Positions 28,136 through 40,749 of a DNA stretch of 64,000 nucleotides are shown piece after piece. A model generated the notes under the pieces. It saw nothing but the letters and a program-made list of their open reading frames with translations, made no database searches and was not told the origin of the DNA. Source of the DNA: Heterodontus francisci (lineage: Eukaryota); assembly GCF_036365525.1 (NCBI RefSeq), contig NC_090404.1, positions 4,340,001 through 4,404,000 of the forward strand, read 5' to 3'. A program made the translations under genes and the position numbers. Positions within the stretch are counted from its first letter, which is position 1, and every line of letters starts with the position of its first letter.

Positions 28136-29012
28136 AATAAGATTCCTCGAGCAGAACACAGGTCGGCATTAAGGGTGGGCGCCAAGTAAATACAAGGGAT
28201 TGAATCCCAGAGAGTTTGCACAGAAAATGAAGGGAATATGCACTTTTTCCGAGCTGTTTTCTCAGTCAGTGCTCTCACCGTTGTGAAATGTAACATTTTT
28301 GCAGCATTTGAATCTAGGGTCAAATTCAGATATTCCCAGCTACCTGTTAACAATGACTTGCAGATCTCTGGGATGAATAACAGGATCGATCTGTCCAAGT
28401 AACATATCCGTCAGGCCACATCTTGCAAAGTTTCTGGAATTGCATTGGTAACAAAAGCGGCTGAATGAAATCATCACTTTACTGGTACAAGTTGAACATA
28501 AGTGATACCGCACACCGATTTGAAGAGGAGTGGCTACTTATAATGTCCCTGATAGCCTTAGGACTGTAGCAATGATGTTCATGGTCGGGAGGGTATTCAT
28601 TCATACCAGGGCTTGAGAGCAAATCGAATTATTTCACCTTAATTAGAGAGAGATCTATTTCTCATATAACATAAAGATATCCAGTTAGACAACAATGGAG
28701 ACAAAGTGAGAAAGAAGCAGAAAGACTGACAACGAGATAAAGAACAAGCGACTGAGACAGGGAGAAAGACGCACAAACGTATTCAGGGAAGAAAGTATTG
28801 GTGAGACACAGCAGTAATTAGTCCTCAACGAACCTGATTGGTTCACAGTTGACATAATATCTGAGCCACCAGCCAACGTAACCCAGAGAAACACCCGTCC
28901 GTTTTCCAATAAGTGAATTCTGCCTCGATCAAAGGTCATTCTTCAATATCGGATTGGAAAATTAACAATTAAAGCATTCTGCTATTTTCAGTCGAACGCT
29001 AAACCAGACAGC

Positions 29013-29479
29013 ATGTGCTTCCTACGTTTCTTACTGATGATACTGGTCTTGTTGTCGGGTGAACCTATGTTTAAAAGAAAAGTGTGTCCTCCATTGGTTA
29101 TATTCAGTCTTCTAATTTCGACTTCTGTGTATTGTTACAGGAATGAGTGGTGACGATTCAGTGTCCCTGGACCCACTTGAATTAACGGTTCAGGAAAGAC
29201 GGGCGGTAATTCTGAACTTTAGTTACACGACAGCGTAGCCTGACTTAAATCTTTTCTTGTACATGCAGTATCTGAGGGAAGCTCCGAGATTTTACTGAGA
29301 ACATGCAGCATGGTCCAGGGGGATAAATCTCCAGATTTTCCAGATTCTGGTGAATTGGACAAAGAAAAGAAAACAGTTCCTTCAAAAGTCGACGGGGCTC
29401 TTGTCTCTGACTCTGCGGTGCGTTACTGTGTCCTCCGCCTCACACTGTCAGAGGAGCGCAGTCTGTCAGTACAAACATG
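29013..29479 (+). pseudogene. TCR alpha/delta-type V pseudogene 2 with leader and 23-RSS
   Basis: Leader MCFLRFLLMILVLLS (29013-29058) with GT donor. V exon from 29141: GMSGDDSVSLDPLELTVQERRAVILNFSYTTA*...DSAVRYCVLRL. First Cys and Trp are lost, with a stop and a frameshift. RSS CACACTG-23-ACAAACATG (29441-29479). Confidence 0.87.
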
Positions 29480-31063
29480 TCAAAGGACTCTCACCTCCTC
29501 TCACTGAATCTGGATTGTTATCTGATAATGGAACACAAACCAAACTATGGAGATAAACACATGGGTCAATTTATAGATGGGTAGTTCATTAAACAGTTAG
29601 AAAGATAAATGGACAGTCTCCTCGCCTTCACTTTCTCCTTCAATGATCTCTTCCTCCTTTGTTTGAAAGTATCCTGCTGCTGCAGACAAGCGCCTGTGAA
29701 TTCCGGCTGTGGGGTCTGTGAGTATAAAGCTCAGTGTGTTTCACAGCTCAGTAACGGGTTGGTTCTTGTTCGTTTGGGATCTGAATGATGAGATAGTTGG
29801 ACATTAGCACTTCAGTCATCACTCCGATTGCCCGACTGCAACATAACCAAGAGGTGGATCGGATCATGAAGAATATAAAACAGTTAACTCTGGATATAAC
29901 TTTAAATTAAACTGCGGAATTATAGCTTAGGGACAGGGGTTCAAACTATGAAAGGTCATTTCAGGACCGGTATCAGGAAATTCTTCAGCAATCAATGCGT
30001 GGAATCAAGTTCCAGATGCAACAGAAGATGGTCAAACCTGGGAATAATTTCATAAAATGATGGATATTCCAAAGGCGAAGGTTGGAGCAGGATGGGGTTG
30101 GAGGCATGTTGGTGTTAAACAGTCTATCCTAAGAGTGGCAGAATTCCAAATCCCGCCTTGCATGATCCTGTGATCTTGTGATCAATCGCAGGAGTCGGCA
30201 ATTTGTTTTGGACATGCAGTCGCTTGTAGTCACCAGCAGAGGGCACTAAATGTCTTCACTGTGTTGGTGTCAATGTGGCAGCGACTGCAGCTTCAGTATT
30301 GAGTAACTTTACTGAAGAAGCGGATTGAAGAAAAGTTTCGGTAACAGAAACATTCATTTCAAATGGAAGTTGTTTTTATCAATGTCATGATGAAGGAATA
30401 AAATATTATTACTAATGGCGATATTCTGCATTTTGTAAGAAGCCGATCACCACAGAATCACTCAGTCCATTTGTTGCGACACTCCGCCACTCTCCTCAAA
30501 GCTGTCAATTATTCCCTATTGCATTCAAGTAAAAGGTGCTGGCTGTCTCGTTTATCTGCAGAACAACTGCAAACTTGTTATGCTGGCTGTGGGAAATTCT
30601 AATGAGCAGTGCACAGCTCTTCTCGTGGAATTCAATGGCACAGATGCCAGGACAACATGAATTATTTTCCTCATGCACCAGCCTCACAGACTGGCTCTGT
30701 TAAAGGGCCAACATTGAGTTTTAACCCCGTCCAGTTCCCTGTTGTGAGAACAATTTCCCTGTTCACTGCTCTGATGTCATCAATTCTGGATGAAAGGACC
30801 GAAGAGCTGATTGGATGAATTGCAGTACTAATGCACTGAGTGCTGATTGGATGAACTGGAGAATAAAGGATTTGTGATCTGATTGGACGAATTAAACAAC
30901 AAAGGACCCGTGAGTTGACTGGATGTCACATGCTGTCCAGGCCAGCAATGGACCTATCGGGAGAAAGGCTGGATATCGAACAGCATCTTCCAAAGGCCTG
31001 ATGAAAACAATTCCAGCTTCAATCAGTTCAGTTCATATCAGCCCACAACTGTCTGAAAACGTG

Positions 31064-31918
31064 TTGGATGTTACTTTTTATTTATTCCTCACAGCTGCAG
31101 CTCTCTTAACTGGTAAGTTCACAATTTACACAAGGCCGCCTTTCACATCTTGATCATATAGTTCATCGGTCTGTTCCCTGAAAACAAGGGTAACAATCGA
31201 TTGATCGGAAGTGAACAAAGCAATCCGGATCTACCTTGAGTCAACACTGAACACTGTTTGAGCAAACTCGACAAGCTCCCCCAATAAGAGAAATTGGAAG
31301 AGTTGAGCTGAGATTACAGGGGAATGGCAGACAGACATGGCCCTCCCCACCAGGGCTAATGACAGACACCGATAGACACACGAGTCTGACACCCACAGGC
31401 CGTTTGTCGGCTTCCCTTCACAATCGATCTCAGCACCTACCTGTTGCAGCTTCTGAACTGTGGAAAGTGTATTTGTGTTTACCTGTCCTGATTTCTCAGT
31501 TAAGTATTGGGGGTGACGGGCTGATTCTGGGAGATCGACGTTGGTTAATTTGATATTGCTCTGTTCTTGCAGGATATTGTCGAGGAGACTCCGTTTCACA
31601 GACACCGGCTGTAATCACAGTAAGTGAAGGAGACGATGTTCGGTTGCACTGTGATTATACAACTACAAGCAGCAGCAATCCTTACCTATTCTGGTACCGT
31701 TAGTATCCCAGTGGATACATGGAATATCTGCTGCAAAGAAACAAATACAGTGAGGACCGAGAAAGATTTCCAGAGGACCGTTTTTCAGCGGAGCTCGATG
31801 ATTCGATCCGAACCATCCCGCTGAAAGAATCTAAAACAGAACTGACAGACTCTGCGGTGTACTACTGCGCACTGAGACCCACAGAGACACAGAGCTGGGC
31901 TGATCCTGAACAAAAACT
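31064..31918 (+). pseudogene. TCR alpha/delta-type V pseudogene 3, nearly intact, with a good 23-RSS
   Basis: Leader (TTG)DVTFYLFLTAAALLT 31064-31112 with GTAAGT donor. V exon 31573-31879: GYCRGDSVSQTPAVITVSEGDDVRLHCDYTTTSSSNPYLFWYR*YPSGYMEYLLQRNKYSEDRERFPEDRFSAELDDSIRTIPLKESKTELTDSAVYYCALRP. RSS CACAGAG-23-ACAAAAACT (31880-31918). Confidence 0.93.
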
Positions 31919-32214
31919 GTCAGAGAGTCTCTCAACATCACAGCAAGTTAGGGAAACATTGTGATTGGAGGCGAGTGTCTGCATTAGTGATTAGAACTTG
32001 TACTGTTAATGTTAATATACAGTTATCCTTTTTCCTGCAATGTTTCACTTTTCAAATAATGATCTAATTTCCTTTTAAAAGTAACGATTGAATCTACCTC
32101 CACCAACATTTGCAGGCAGTGTCTTATGGAGCATAACATCTCGCTGAATAAAGGCAAAATTCTCTTCCTTTTTCCTCTGTTTCTTTTCGCAAGTATCTAT
32201 GTGTTTTTGCAGAT

Positions 32215-33680
32215 TGGCAACACCGGACAGCCCGCTTCTACCTCCTTCCGAAAATTCACAAACAAGACTGTCCTGGCAGACCCATCGTTTCAGCCTGTTC
32301 CTGCCCCACTGAACTTATTTCTTTCTATCTTGACTCTATCTTTTCTCAACTGGTCCAGTCTCTTCCCACCTGCATCCGTGACTCTTCTGAAGCCCTACAT
32401 CGTATTTGACAATTTCCAGTTTCCTGGCCCACACCACCTCCTCTTCACGATGGACGTCCAATGTTTCTACACCTCCATCCCCCACCAGGAAAGTCTGAGG
32501 GCTCACCGCTTCTTCCTTGAACAGAGGTCTTCGCTATGCCTGCCTTTTTGTGGGATATGTCGAACATACCTTGTTCCAGTCCAACTAAGGCCCCCTGACC
32601 CAACTCGTTTTCTGGTATATTGATGATTGTATCGGTGCCGTTTCCTGCACCCGCCCCGAACTGGAAATCATTGTCAACTTTGCTTCTAATTTCCACCCTT
32701 CTCTCACCTTCACATGGTCCATCTCCAACACATCCCTTCCCTTCCTTGACGTCATTGTCTCCATCTCTCGGGATAGGCTGTCTCATATAAGCCCACAGAC
32801 TCCCATAACTACCTCGACTACACTTCTTCACACCCTACCTCCTGTAAGGACTTTATTTTATTATCCCAGTTTCTCGGTCTCCAAGGCATCAGTTCTGATG
32901 ATGCAACCTTCGGCAACAGCGCTTCTGACCTGTTTTCCTCTTTCCTCAACACAGCATTCCCCGTACCATCCCACACCACCTCCCCCGCTCCACCCCCACA
33001 GCCACACTGTTGTTGACGGGGCCCTTCAACCGTGTCTGGCCTATTTCCCACACTTCTGCCCGCACCCCTTCCCCTCCATCCCAGAACCGCGACAGGGTTC
33101 CCCTTGTCCTCACTTTCCACCTCACCAGCCTCCATATCCAAAGGATCATCCTCCACCATTTCTGCCACGTCCATCGTGATGCCAATACCAAATGCAGCTT
33201 CCCCTCCTCTCCCATGTCAGCATTCCGAAGGGATCATTCCCTCCGCGGCACCCTAGTCCACTCCTCCATTACCCCCAAAGGCCGTCTCCTTCCTATGGCT
33301 CCTTCCCATGCAATCACTGGAGGTGCAATACCTGCCCCTTTACCTCCTCTCTCCTCACTATCCACGGTCCGAAACACTCCATTCAGAAGAAGCAGAGGTT
33401 TGCTTGTACTTCCTTCAATGCAGTATACTGTATTCGCTGCTCGCAATGCAGTCACCTCTGCACTCGGGAGACCAAAGGCAGATTGGGTGACCGCTTTCGG
33501 GAACAGCTCTGCTCAGTCTAAAAACATGCCCCGAGCTTCTTGTCGCTTGTCATTTCAATACCCGCACCCGCTCCCACCCATACAAAGTCCCGCCCCCTCC
33601 CACCCTCCAACTCCCCCCCTCCCCCCAACTCTGCTCTCTTGACGACTTCTCTGTCCTGGGCTTGCAGCAGTGTTACGTGT
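32215..33680 (+). mobile_element. Penelope-like element, decayed RT plus GIY-YIG; its 3' part resumes at about 35490-35840
   Basis: LLFTMDVQCFYTSIPH, YIDD-like tggtatattgatgat, RVPLVLTFH, AVYCIRCSQC...RETKGRLGDRFREQL. Confidence 0.88.
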
Positions 33681-35475
33681 GCTGTGGACAGAGTGGAACC
33701 AGTGGATGGAGCTTACTTAGGTTTCCAGAAGGCATTTGATAAGGTGCCACATCAAAGATTATTGCAGAAAATAAAAGCTCATGGTGTAGGGGGTAACATA
33801 TTGACATGGACAGAAGATTGGTTAGCTAACAGCAACAGAGAGTCGGCATAAATAGGTCAGTTTCTGAATGGCAAGATGTAACGAATGGTGTGTCACAGGG
33901 CTCTGTGCTGGGGCCTCAACTTTTTACAATTTATATAAATGACTTCGATGAAGGGACCGAAGGTATGGTTGCTCAATTTGCTGATGACACAAAAATGGCT
34001 GGAAAGTAACTTGCAAAGAGGACATAAGAAGGCTACAAAGGGATGTAGATAGGTTAAGTGAGTGGGATAAGATCTGGAAAAGTGTGCATAATGTGGGAAA
34101 GTGTGAGATTGTCCACTTTGGCAGGAAGAATATAAATGAAACATGTTATCTAAATGGTGAGAGATTTCCGAGCTGTGAGATGCAGAGGGATCTTGGTGCC
34201 CTAGTGCATGAATCGCAAAAGGTTAGTATGCAGATACAGGACATAATTAGGAAAGCTAATAGAATGTTATCGTTTAATTGAATACAAAAGTAAGCAGGTT
34301 ATGCTTCAGCTATAAAGGACGTTGTCGTGACCACATCTGGATTACTGTGTACAGTACTGGTTCCTCATTTAAGGAAGGATGTAAATACGTTGGAGGCAGG
34401 ACAGAGATGGTTTCCGAGATGAATACCTGGAATGGATGGGCTTTCTTACCAGGAAAGGTCCTGGGGAAAATTGATAGACAGAGAGATTTGGGTGTTCAGG
34501 TCCATTGTTCCCTGAAGGTGGCAACGCAGGTCAATAGAGTGGTCAAGAAGGCATACGGCATGCTTTCCTTCATCGGACGGGGTATTGAGTACAAGAGTTG
34601 GCAGGTCATGTTACAGTTGTATAAGACTTTGGTTCGGCCACATTTGGAATGCTGCGTGCAGTTCTGGTCGCCACATTACCAAAAGGATGTGGATGCTTTG
34701 GAGAGGGTGCAGAGGAGGTTCACCAGGATGTTGCCTGGTATGGAGGGCGCTGGGTATGAAGAGAAGTTGAGTAGATTGGGATTATTTTCATTCAAAAGAC
34801 GGAGATGGAGGGGGGACCTGATTGAGGTGTACAAAATCATGAGAGGTTAGATAGCAAGAAGCTTTTTCCCAGAGTGGGGGATTCAATTACTAGGGGTCAT
34901 GAGTTCAAAGTGAGAGGGGAAAAGTTTAGGGGGGATATGCGTGGAAAGTTCTTGACGCAGAGGGTGGTGGGTGCCTGGAACGCGTTGCCAGCGGAGGTGG
35001 TAGACGCGGGCATGATAGCATCTTTTAAGATGTATCTAGACAGATACATGAATGGGCAGGAAGCAAAGAGATACAGACCCTTAGAAAATAGGCGACATGT
35101 TTAGATAGAGGATCTGGATCGGCGCAGGCTTGGAGGGCCGAAGGGCCTGTTCCTGTGCAGTAATTTTCTTTGTTCTTTGTTCTTTGAAAGATAGGATGAG
35201 GTTGGCTTGCATCAGCTGGAACTTAGAGGAGTAAGAGGCGACTTGATTGAAACATATAATATCTTGAGGGGGCTTGACAGGGTGGATGTGGAAAGGATGG
35301 TTCCCCTTGTGGGAGAATCTCAAACTGTTACTGTTTAAAATTAAGGTGTCGCCCATTTAAGACCGAGATGAGGAGAATTTTTTTCTCTCAGAGGGTCGGC
35401 AGTCTTTGGATTCCTCTTCCTCAAAAGGCAGTGGAAGCAGAATCTTTGAATATTATTAAGGTAGAGTTAGATATT
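33680..35475 (+). mobile_element. CR1-clade LINE inserted in the Penelope, itself containing a younger CR1 3' end (about 34455-35187)
   Basis: FQKAFDKVPH, QGSVLGP, FADDTK. The inner copy has LYKTLVRPHLECC and a (ttctttg)n tail. Confidence 0.88.
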
Positions 35476-36032
35476 TTATTTATTTTCATCATTCGTTTTT
35501 TAACTATGTGTCTCCCCACTTTTTGTTCGTGTTTGTGCTTTTGGCTTGGGCTGTTAATTATTCTGTCATTTAACATCCTCTATGCACTAATGCTTCGTCC
35601 TTCACCACACGATTGGCACTCTCTTTGCCTTTGCCCCATGACCTCCTTGTCTGTTAATCGCTGACCATCTGTCCTATCAACACTTTCCCTTTTGTTCCCT
35701 TTACCCCCAACCCCGCTTTATTTGTATCTAAGCTATTACATTTCTAAACTTTGCCAATTCTGATGAAAGGTCAGTCACATGAAACGTTAACTCTGCTTCT
35801 CTCTCCTCAGATGCTGAGTGTTTCCATCACGTTTTATTTTTATTAATGTTTTTGTGTCCAGCTGTTACTGACCCTCCCTCACACGGGCAACAGTTTCTCT
35901 TTATTCACTCCATCAAAATCTATTTTTTCTTCATATGTCACTCAGTGATCTTTTATTCTTTATATTGTATCCTGCTTTTGTTGGGATTTACTATTCACAC
36001 ATTCTCTAAATGTTTCTCTCTCTATCCTGCAG

Positions 36033-36377
36033 AGAGCGGCCTTGAAGGCATCACTCATCAACGAAAAGAAGATGTGACAGCTCGGGGAGGAGTGATCTCC
36101 ACCATGACCAGCTCCTATACTGAGGTGACGAGAGTTTGCCTGGAATGGTAGCGGGATGGTCTCTCCGTGGATCCGGAGAAATTCTCATCCACTGCACCGA
36201 CGGGTTCATTGACAATTCGTCTTTTGCAACCCGGCGCTTCACCACATCTTTGGTCAAAAAATACACGGCCGTCAGTGAAACAGTTTCACAGGTGGCAGCT
36301 GCCGATACCAGGAAATACTTCTGAGTCTTAACACCGCACACAGCCGTGTAGGTTGGGAAAGAGCCTATACATAAACT
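36033..36377 (+). pseudogene. TCR alpha/delta-type V pseudogene 4 with 23-RSS
   Basis: CTGCAG acceptor; ESGLEGITHQRKEDVTARGG...SSYTEVTRVCLEW*R, frameshift, then RRFTTSLVKKYTAVSETVSQVAAADTRKYF*VL (second Cys codon is now TGA). RSS CACAGCC-23-ACATAAACT (36339-36377). Confidence 0.75.
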
Positions 36378-37159
36378 GAAGATGTTATGACAAGAATACT
36401 GTGTCAGTGAACTCGCGGTATCATTGTATTTCATGATCGCTACTGAGTGCAATGGTTTAATGGAGAAGCGTAACAATTCTTTCATCCATTTTTCCCTCAG
36501 TGTATCATAAACGGACAGATTGACAATTTTATCGAACATTGTGCACCCAAAGGATTTTATTTTTGTTGACCACAAATTACCGATATCTCGAAAACACTTG
36601 GACTCCCAAATTCCTTCATTCCTCCACAAGAGTCAGCGTCAGAATCAATGACACCATTTCTGGCACAGAATTCCACATTCATACTTCTTACTTTGTGATA
36701 AACTTCCTTTTATTTAAAAGTCAATCTTCTGCTGTTTGAAAGCTCACACTATTGGCTATCTTTATTGTCGCTGTTTCCACAGGGACCAGCAGAGTTTCTT
36801 CTTTGCTTTGCATTGTTACAGTCCATTTTACCAGATTGTGTTGATGAGCGGTCACCTCTTCCTGGGAATGCCCCGCCCACCCACCCCCAACACCTTGGAT
36901 TCAGTCTCCAATCCTCTCAGTGATCCTCTCCGCTCAAGAGGACACCTGTCGGGACCCAGGAACCTCCCGGCAGAAAGGAGGTTCTGTTTGGAATGACTCC
37001 GTGATTGACTGGGCAGAGGAGGGCTGAAGCTCCCACAATTCACAGCAGCTATCAAACGCCTGGGATGTCGCTGACAGTGACGTTTCAGTCAATGATATTG
37101 CATTTGCGAATGTGTGGGTCGTGAGCCATCTGACATCAGCAAACAAGACCTTCAAGTTT

Positions 37160-38088
37160 TTGAAAGCAAGAAATGCTGGAAATACTCAGTAGGTCTGGCA
37201 GCATCTGTGGAGAAGAAGCAGAGTTAATGTTCATTGAAACGGACAGAGATGTGAGCTTGAGAGCGGGGGGACTGTTGAAATCGCAAGCAACCGGAAGCTC
37301 GGGGTCATGCTTTCAGGCTTGGCGGAGGTGTTCCACAACGCGGTCACCCAGTTTGCGTTTGGTCTCCCCAATGGAGAGGAGACCATATTGTGAGCAGCGA
37401 ATACAGTATACTACAGTGAAAGAAGTATGAGTAAATCGTTGGTTCACCTGAAATGAGTGTTTGGGGCATTGGATAGTGAGGAAAGAGGAGGTAAAGGGGC
37501 AGGTATTACACCTTCTGCGATTGCAGGGGAAGGTGCCTTGGGAAGGGGACGAGGTGGAGTGGGTAATGGAGGAGTGGACCAGGGTGTCGCGGAGGGAATG
37601 ATCCCTTCAGAATGCAGACATGGGAAGGGAGGGGAAGATGCATTTGGTATTGGCATCACGCTGGACGTGGCGTAAATGGCGCTGGATGATCCCTTTGAAT
37701 ATGGAGACTGATGGGGTGGAAACTGAGGACAAGGGGAACCCTGTCGCGGTTCTGAGAGGGGGGAAGGAGTGAGGGTAGGGGTGCGGGGAATGGGCCAGAC
37801 ATGGTTGAGGGTCCTGTCAACCACAAAAGGGGGAATTCCTTGGTTGAGGAAAAGGGGAAGTCATATCAGAAGCGCTGTCATGGAAGGTAGCATCATCAGA
37901 GCAGATCCATCGGAGACAGAGAAACTGGGAGATTGGAATGGAGTCCTTACAGGAGGCTGGGTGTGATGAAGTGTAGTCAAGGTGGCTGTGGGAGTCGGTG
38001 GGATTATAATGGATATTAGCAGATAGCCTATCCCCAAAGATGGAGACAGAGAAGTCGAGGAAGGGAAGGGCAGTGTCGGAGATGGACG
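37160..38088 (-). mobile_element. Penelope-like element fragment
   Basis: SISDTALPFLDFSVSI..HYNPTDSHSHLDYTSSHPASCKDSIPISQFL; homologous to 32700-33650. Confidence 0.88.
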
Positions 38089-38449
38089 GTTTCCCATGAT
38101 ATTTCCTGAATCTGTAACTCTTCAATGCAGGAGCATCTCTGACGGAGCAGAAATACAAATCCCACTCCCCCAACACTGCTGATCCAACCAATGACAAGAA
38201 TGGACCCGCGGCAGCACTCCCTCCAATAACACAATCGGTTCAGAGCAAGAGCAGCAAACGGAAGTTGTGGGCGAGGATGCCGCAGACTCAAAATTTGAGT
38301 GAAGTGTGAGGCGACACTCTGCTGCACTCGGAACTGATTGAGCGGGAATAGTGTCTGTTGAATCTCCAGAATTCTGTGGCTATTCTCCACCTGCTTACTG
38401 TTCAGTTGACTGGGAAATTTAGAGTGGAAGGAGAATGAAGGTACCAGAA

Positions 38450-40170
38450 TAATAGAATCTGAGAGCACAGAGTGAGGCCATTCGGCCTATACTCCCTATG
38501 CCTCTTTGGAAGAGTTCACTAATTCATACCTCACCCCCTACATTTTTCGCATTGTCCTGTTTTGTTGTTCATTTTCAAGTATATATAGAAATCCCTTTCG
38601 GAAATTACTGTTCAATCTGCTTCCACCACCCTTTCAAGCAGTACATTCCAAATCTTAACAAATCACCGTGTATTAAATATAACTCAATTTTCCCTGTCAT
38701 TTTTCTGCAACTCTTTTAATTTGGAGTCCTTGGGATACACAATTTTATGCCAGTGGAAACAGTTACGTGCAATCTACTCTATACTGATATATGGAGAACA
38801 ATCCCAGCTTTCTCTCGTCCCTCTGCATAAACGTTCATCATTTTACTTATTCTTTAATCGGGGGTGGGCATCTCTGGTGAGGTCAGTATTTAATACCTGT
38901 CTCTACTTGCCTTTGATAAGGTGGCGGTGAGCTGACTTCTTGAACTACCGCAGTCCTGGGGGTGCAGGTTCACCCACAGTGCTATTAGGAAGGCAGCTCC
39001 AGGATTTTGACCCAGCAACAGTGAAGGAACGGCGCTTTCGTTTCAAGTCAGGATGGTGTGTGGTTTGGAGGGGAACTTGCAGCTGCTGGCATTCCTACGT
39101 TTCTACCGTCCTTGTCCTTCTAGGTGTTAGAGATCACGGGAATGGAAGGTACTGTCCAAGGCGTCTTGGTGCGTTGCTGCAGTGCATCTTGTAGATGGTA
39201 CACACTGCTGCTACTGTGTATGGGTGGTGGAGTGAGTGAATGCTGAAGGTTGTGGATGTGGTGCCGATCAAGCGGGCTGCATTCTCCTGGATGGTGTCGA
39301 GCTTCCTGTCTGTTGTTGGAGCTGCACGCATACAGGCAAATGGAGGGTATTCCATCACACTCCAGACTTATGCATGTAGGTGGAGGACAGGCTTTGTGGA
39401 GACAGTAAGTTAGTTACTCGCTGCAGAATTCCTAGCCTCTGACCTGCTCTAGTAGCCATAGTACTTTTATGGCTGGACCAATTCAGTTTCTGGTCAATGA
39501 TAACCTGCAGAATTAGGTCCGTGGGGGGTTCAGCAATGGCAATGGTATTGTACATCAAGGGAAGATGGTTCGATTCTCTTTTGTTTGAGATGGTCATTGC
39601 CTGGCTCCTGCGTTGTGTGAAGTTTACCTGCCACTTATCAGCCCAAGCCTGGATGTTGTCCAGTTCTTGCTGCATCTGGATACGGACTGCCGCGAATGGT
39701 GCTGAACATTGTGCAATCCTCAGCGAATATACCAATTCTGACCTTATTATTGAAGGAAGGTCATTGACGAAGCAGCTGAGGATGGTCTTTCCTAGGACAC
39801 TACCCTGAGGAACTCATGCAGTGAAGTCCTGGGACTGAGATGATTGACCTCCAACAACCACAACCATCTTCATTTGTCCAGGCATGACTCCAACCAGCGG
39901 AAATGTTCCCCCTTGATTCTCATGGGCACCCGTTTTGCTCAGGCTCCTTGATGCTCTACTCCTGCTACCATTTTGGTTTACTTCCTCTGCACACGCACCA
40001 ATGTCTTGAGATTCTTTTTCAATAGTGGGGACAGCTGTTAAGCTAACAGGCATATAATTTCCTGCTGTCTGTCACACCCCTTTTTGCGAGTTTTCAATCC
40101 TCTCGGAGGTTTCCAGAATCTAGGGTATTTTGGGAGATTGCAACCAATACATCCACTATCTCTACAGCGA
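38450..40170 (-). mobile_element. Decayed LINE fragments (CR1 3' end; CR1/L2-group RT C-terminus)
   Basis: MQQELDNIQAWADKWQVNF, IDQKLNWSSH, LDTIQENAARLI. Confidence 0.78.
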
Positions 40171-40749
40171 CTTATTTTAAAGGGAGATGGAGTGGAGCAA
40201 TGTGAGGGGATCCCTCGGCTGGTGTTCAGTGAGTTCAGGAAGATGGTATCAGAGGGAATGGAGCATGGAGAGAAGATTCCTGGGGTGATCTTCGGTGAGT
40301 TCAAGGAGATGGTGTAAGAGGGAATAGAGCAGAACAAAGAGGAAGTTCAACTGAGGCGGGGGGGGGGGGAGGCAGGGGGGTGCGGAGGGCAAATAACGAG
40401 GTATAGTAGAAATGATGGAGGCAGTGATTCAACATGTGCATAACAGAAAAGTGGACACTGTGTGTGTATCTGACAGAACAGGTGGACAGTGTGGTTTGTG
40501 TATATATCAGTAAATTTGAAGTTAGAGTCTATGTGTCAGATAGACCTCAGAATCCGGGGCTCATTCCTACCGTTTGTCCTCCCTCTTGTGTCTACCAGAC
40601 TCTGGCAGTCATCCCAGCAATTAAATTGATTCAAATTCATTGAAACCCTAATTAACTATTTAATTAATAAATAGAGGAGCAACTAATCCGGAGGGAGGAG
40701 ATTACTGCATTTAATATTTATAGTAGAAGGCTAGCGCTAGGGACCATAT

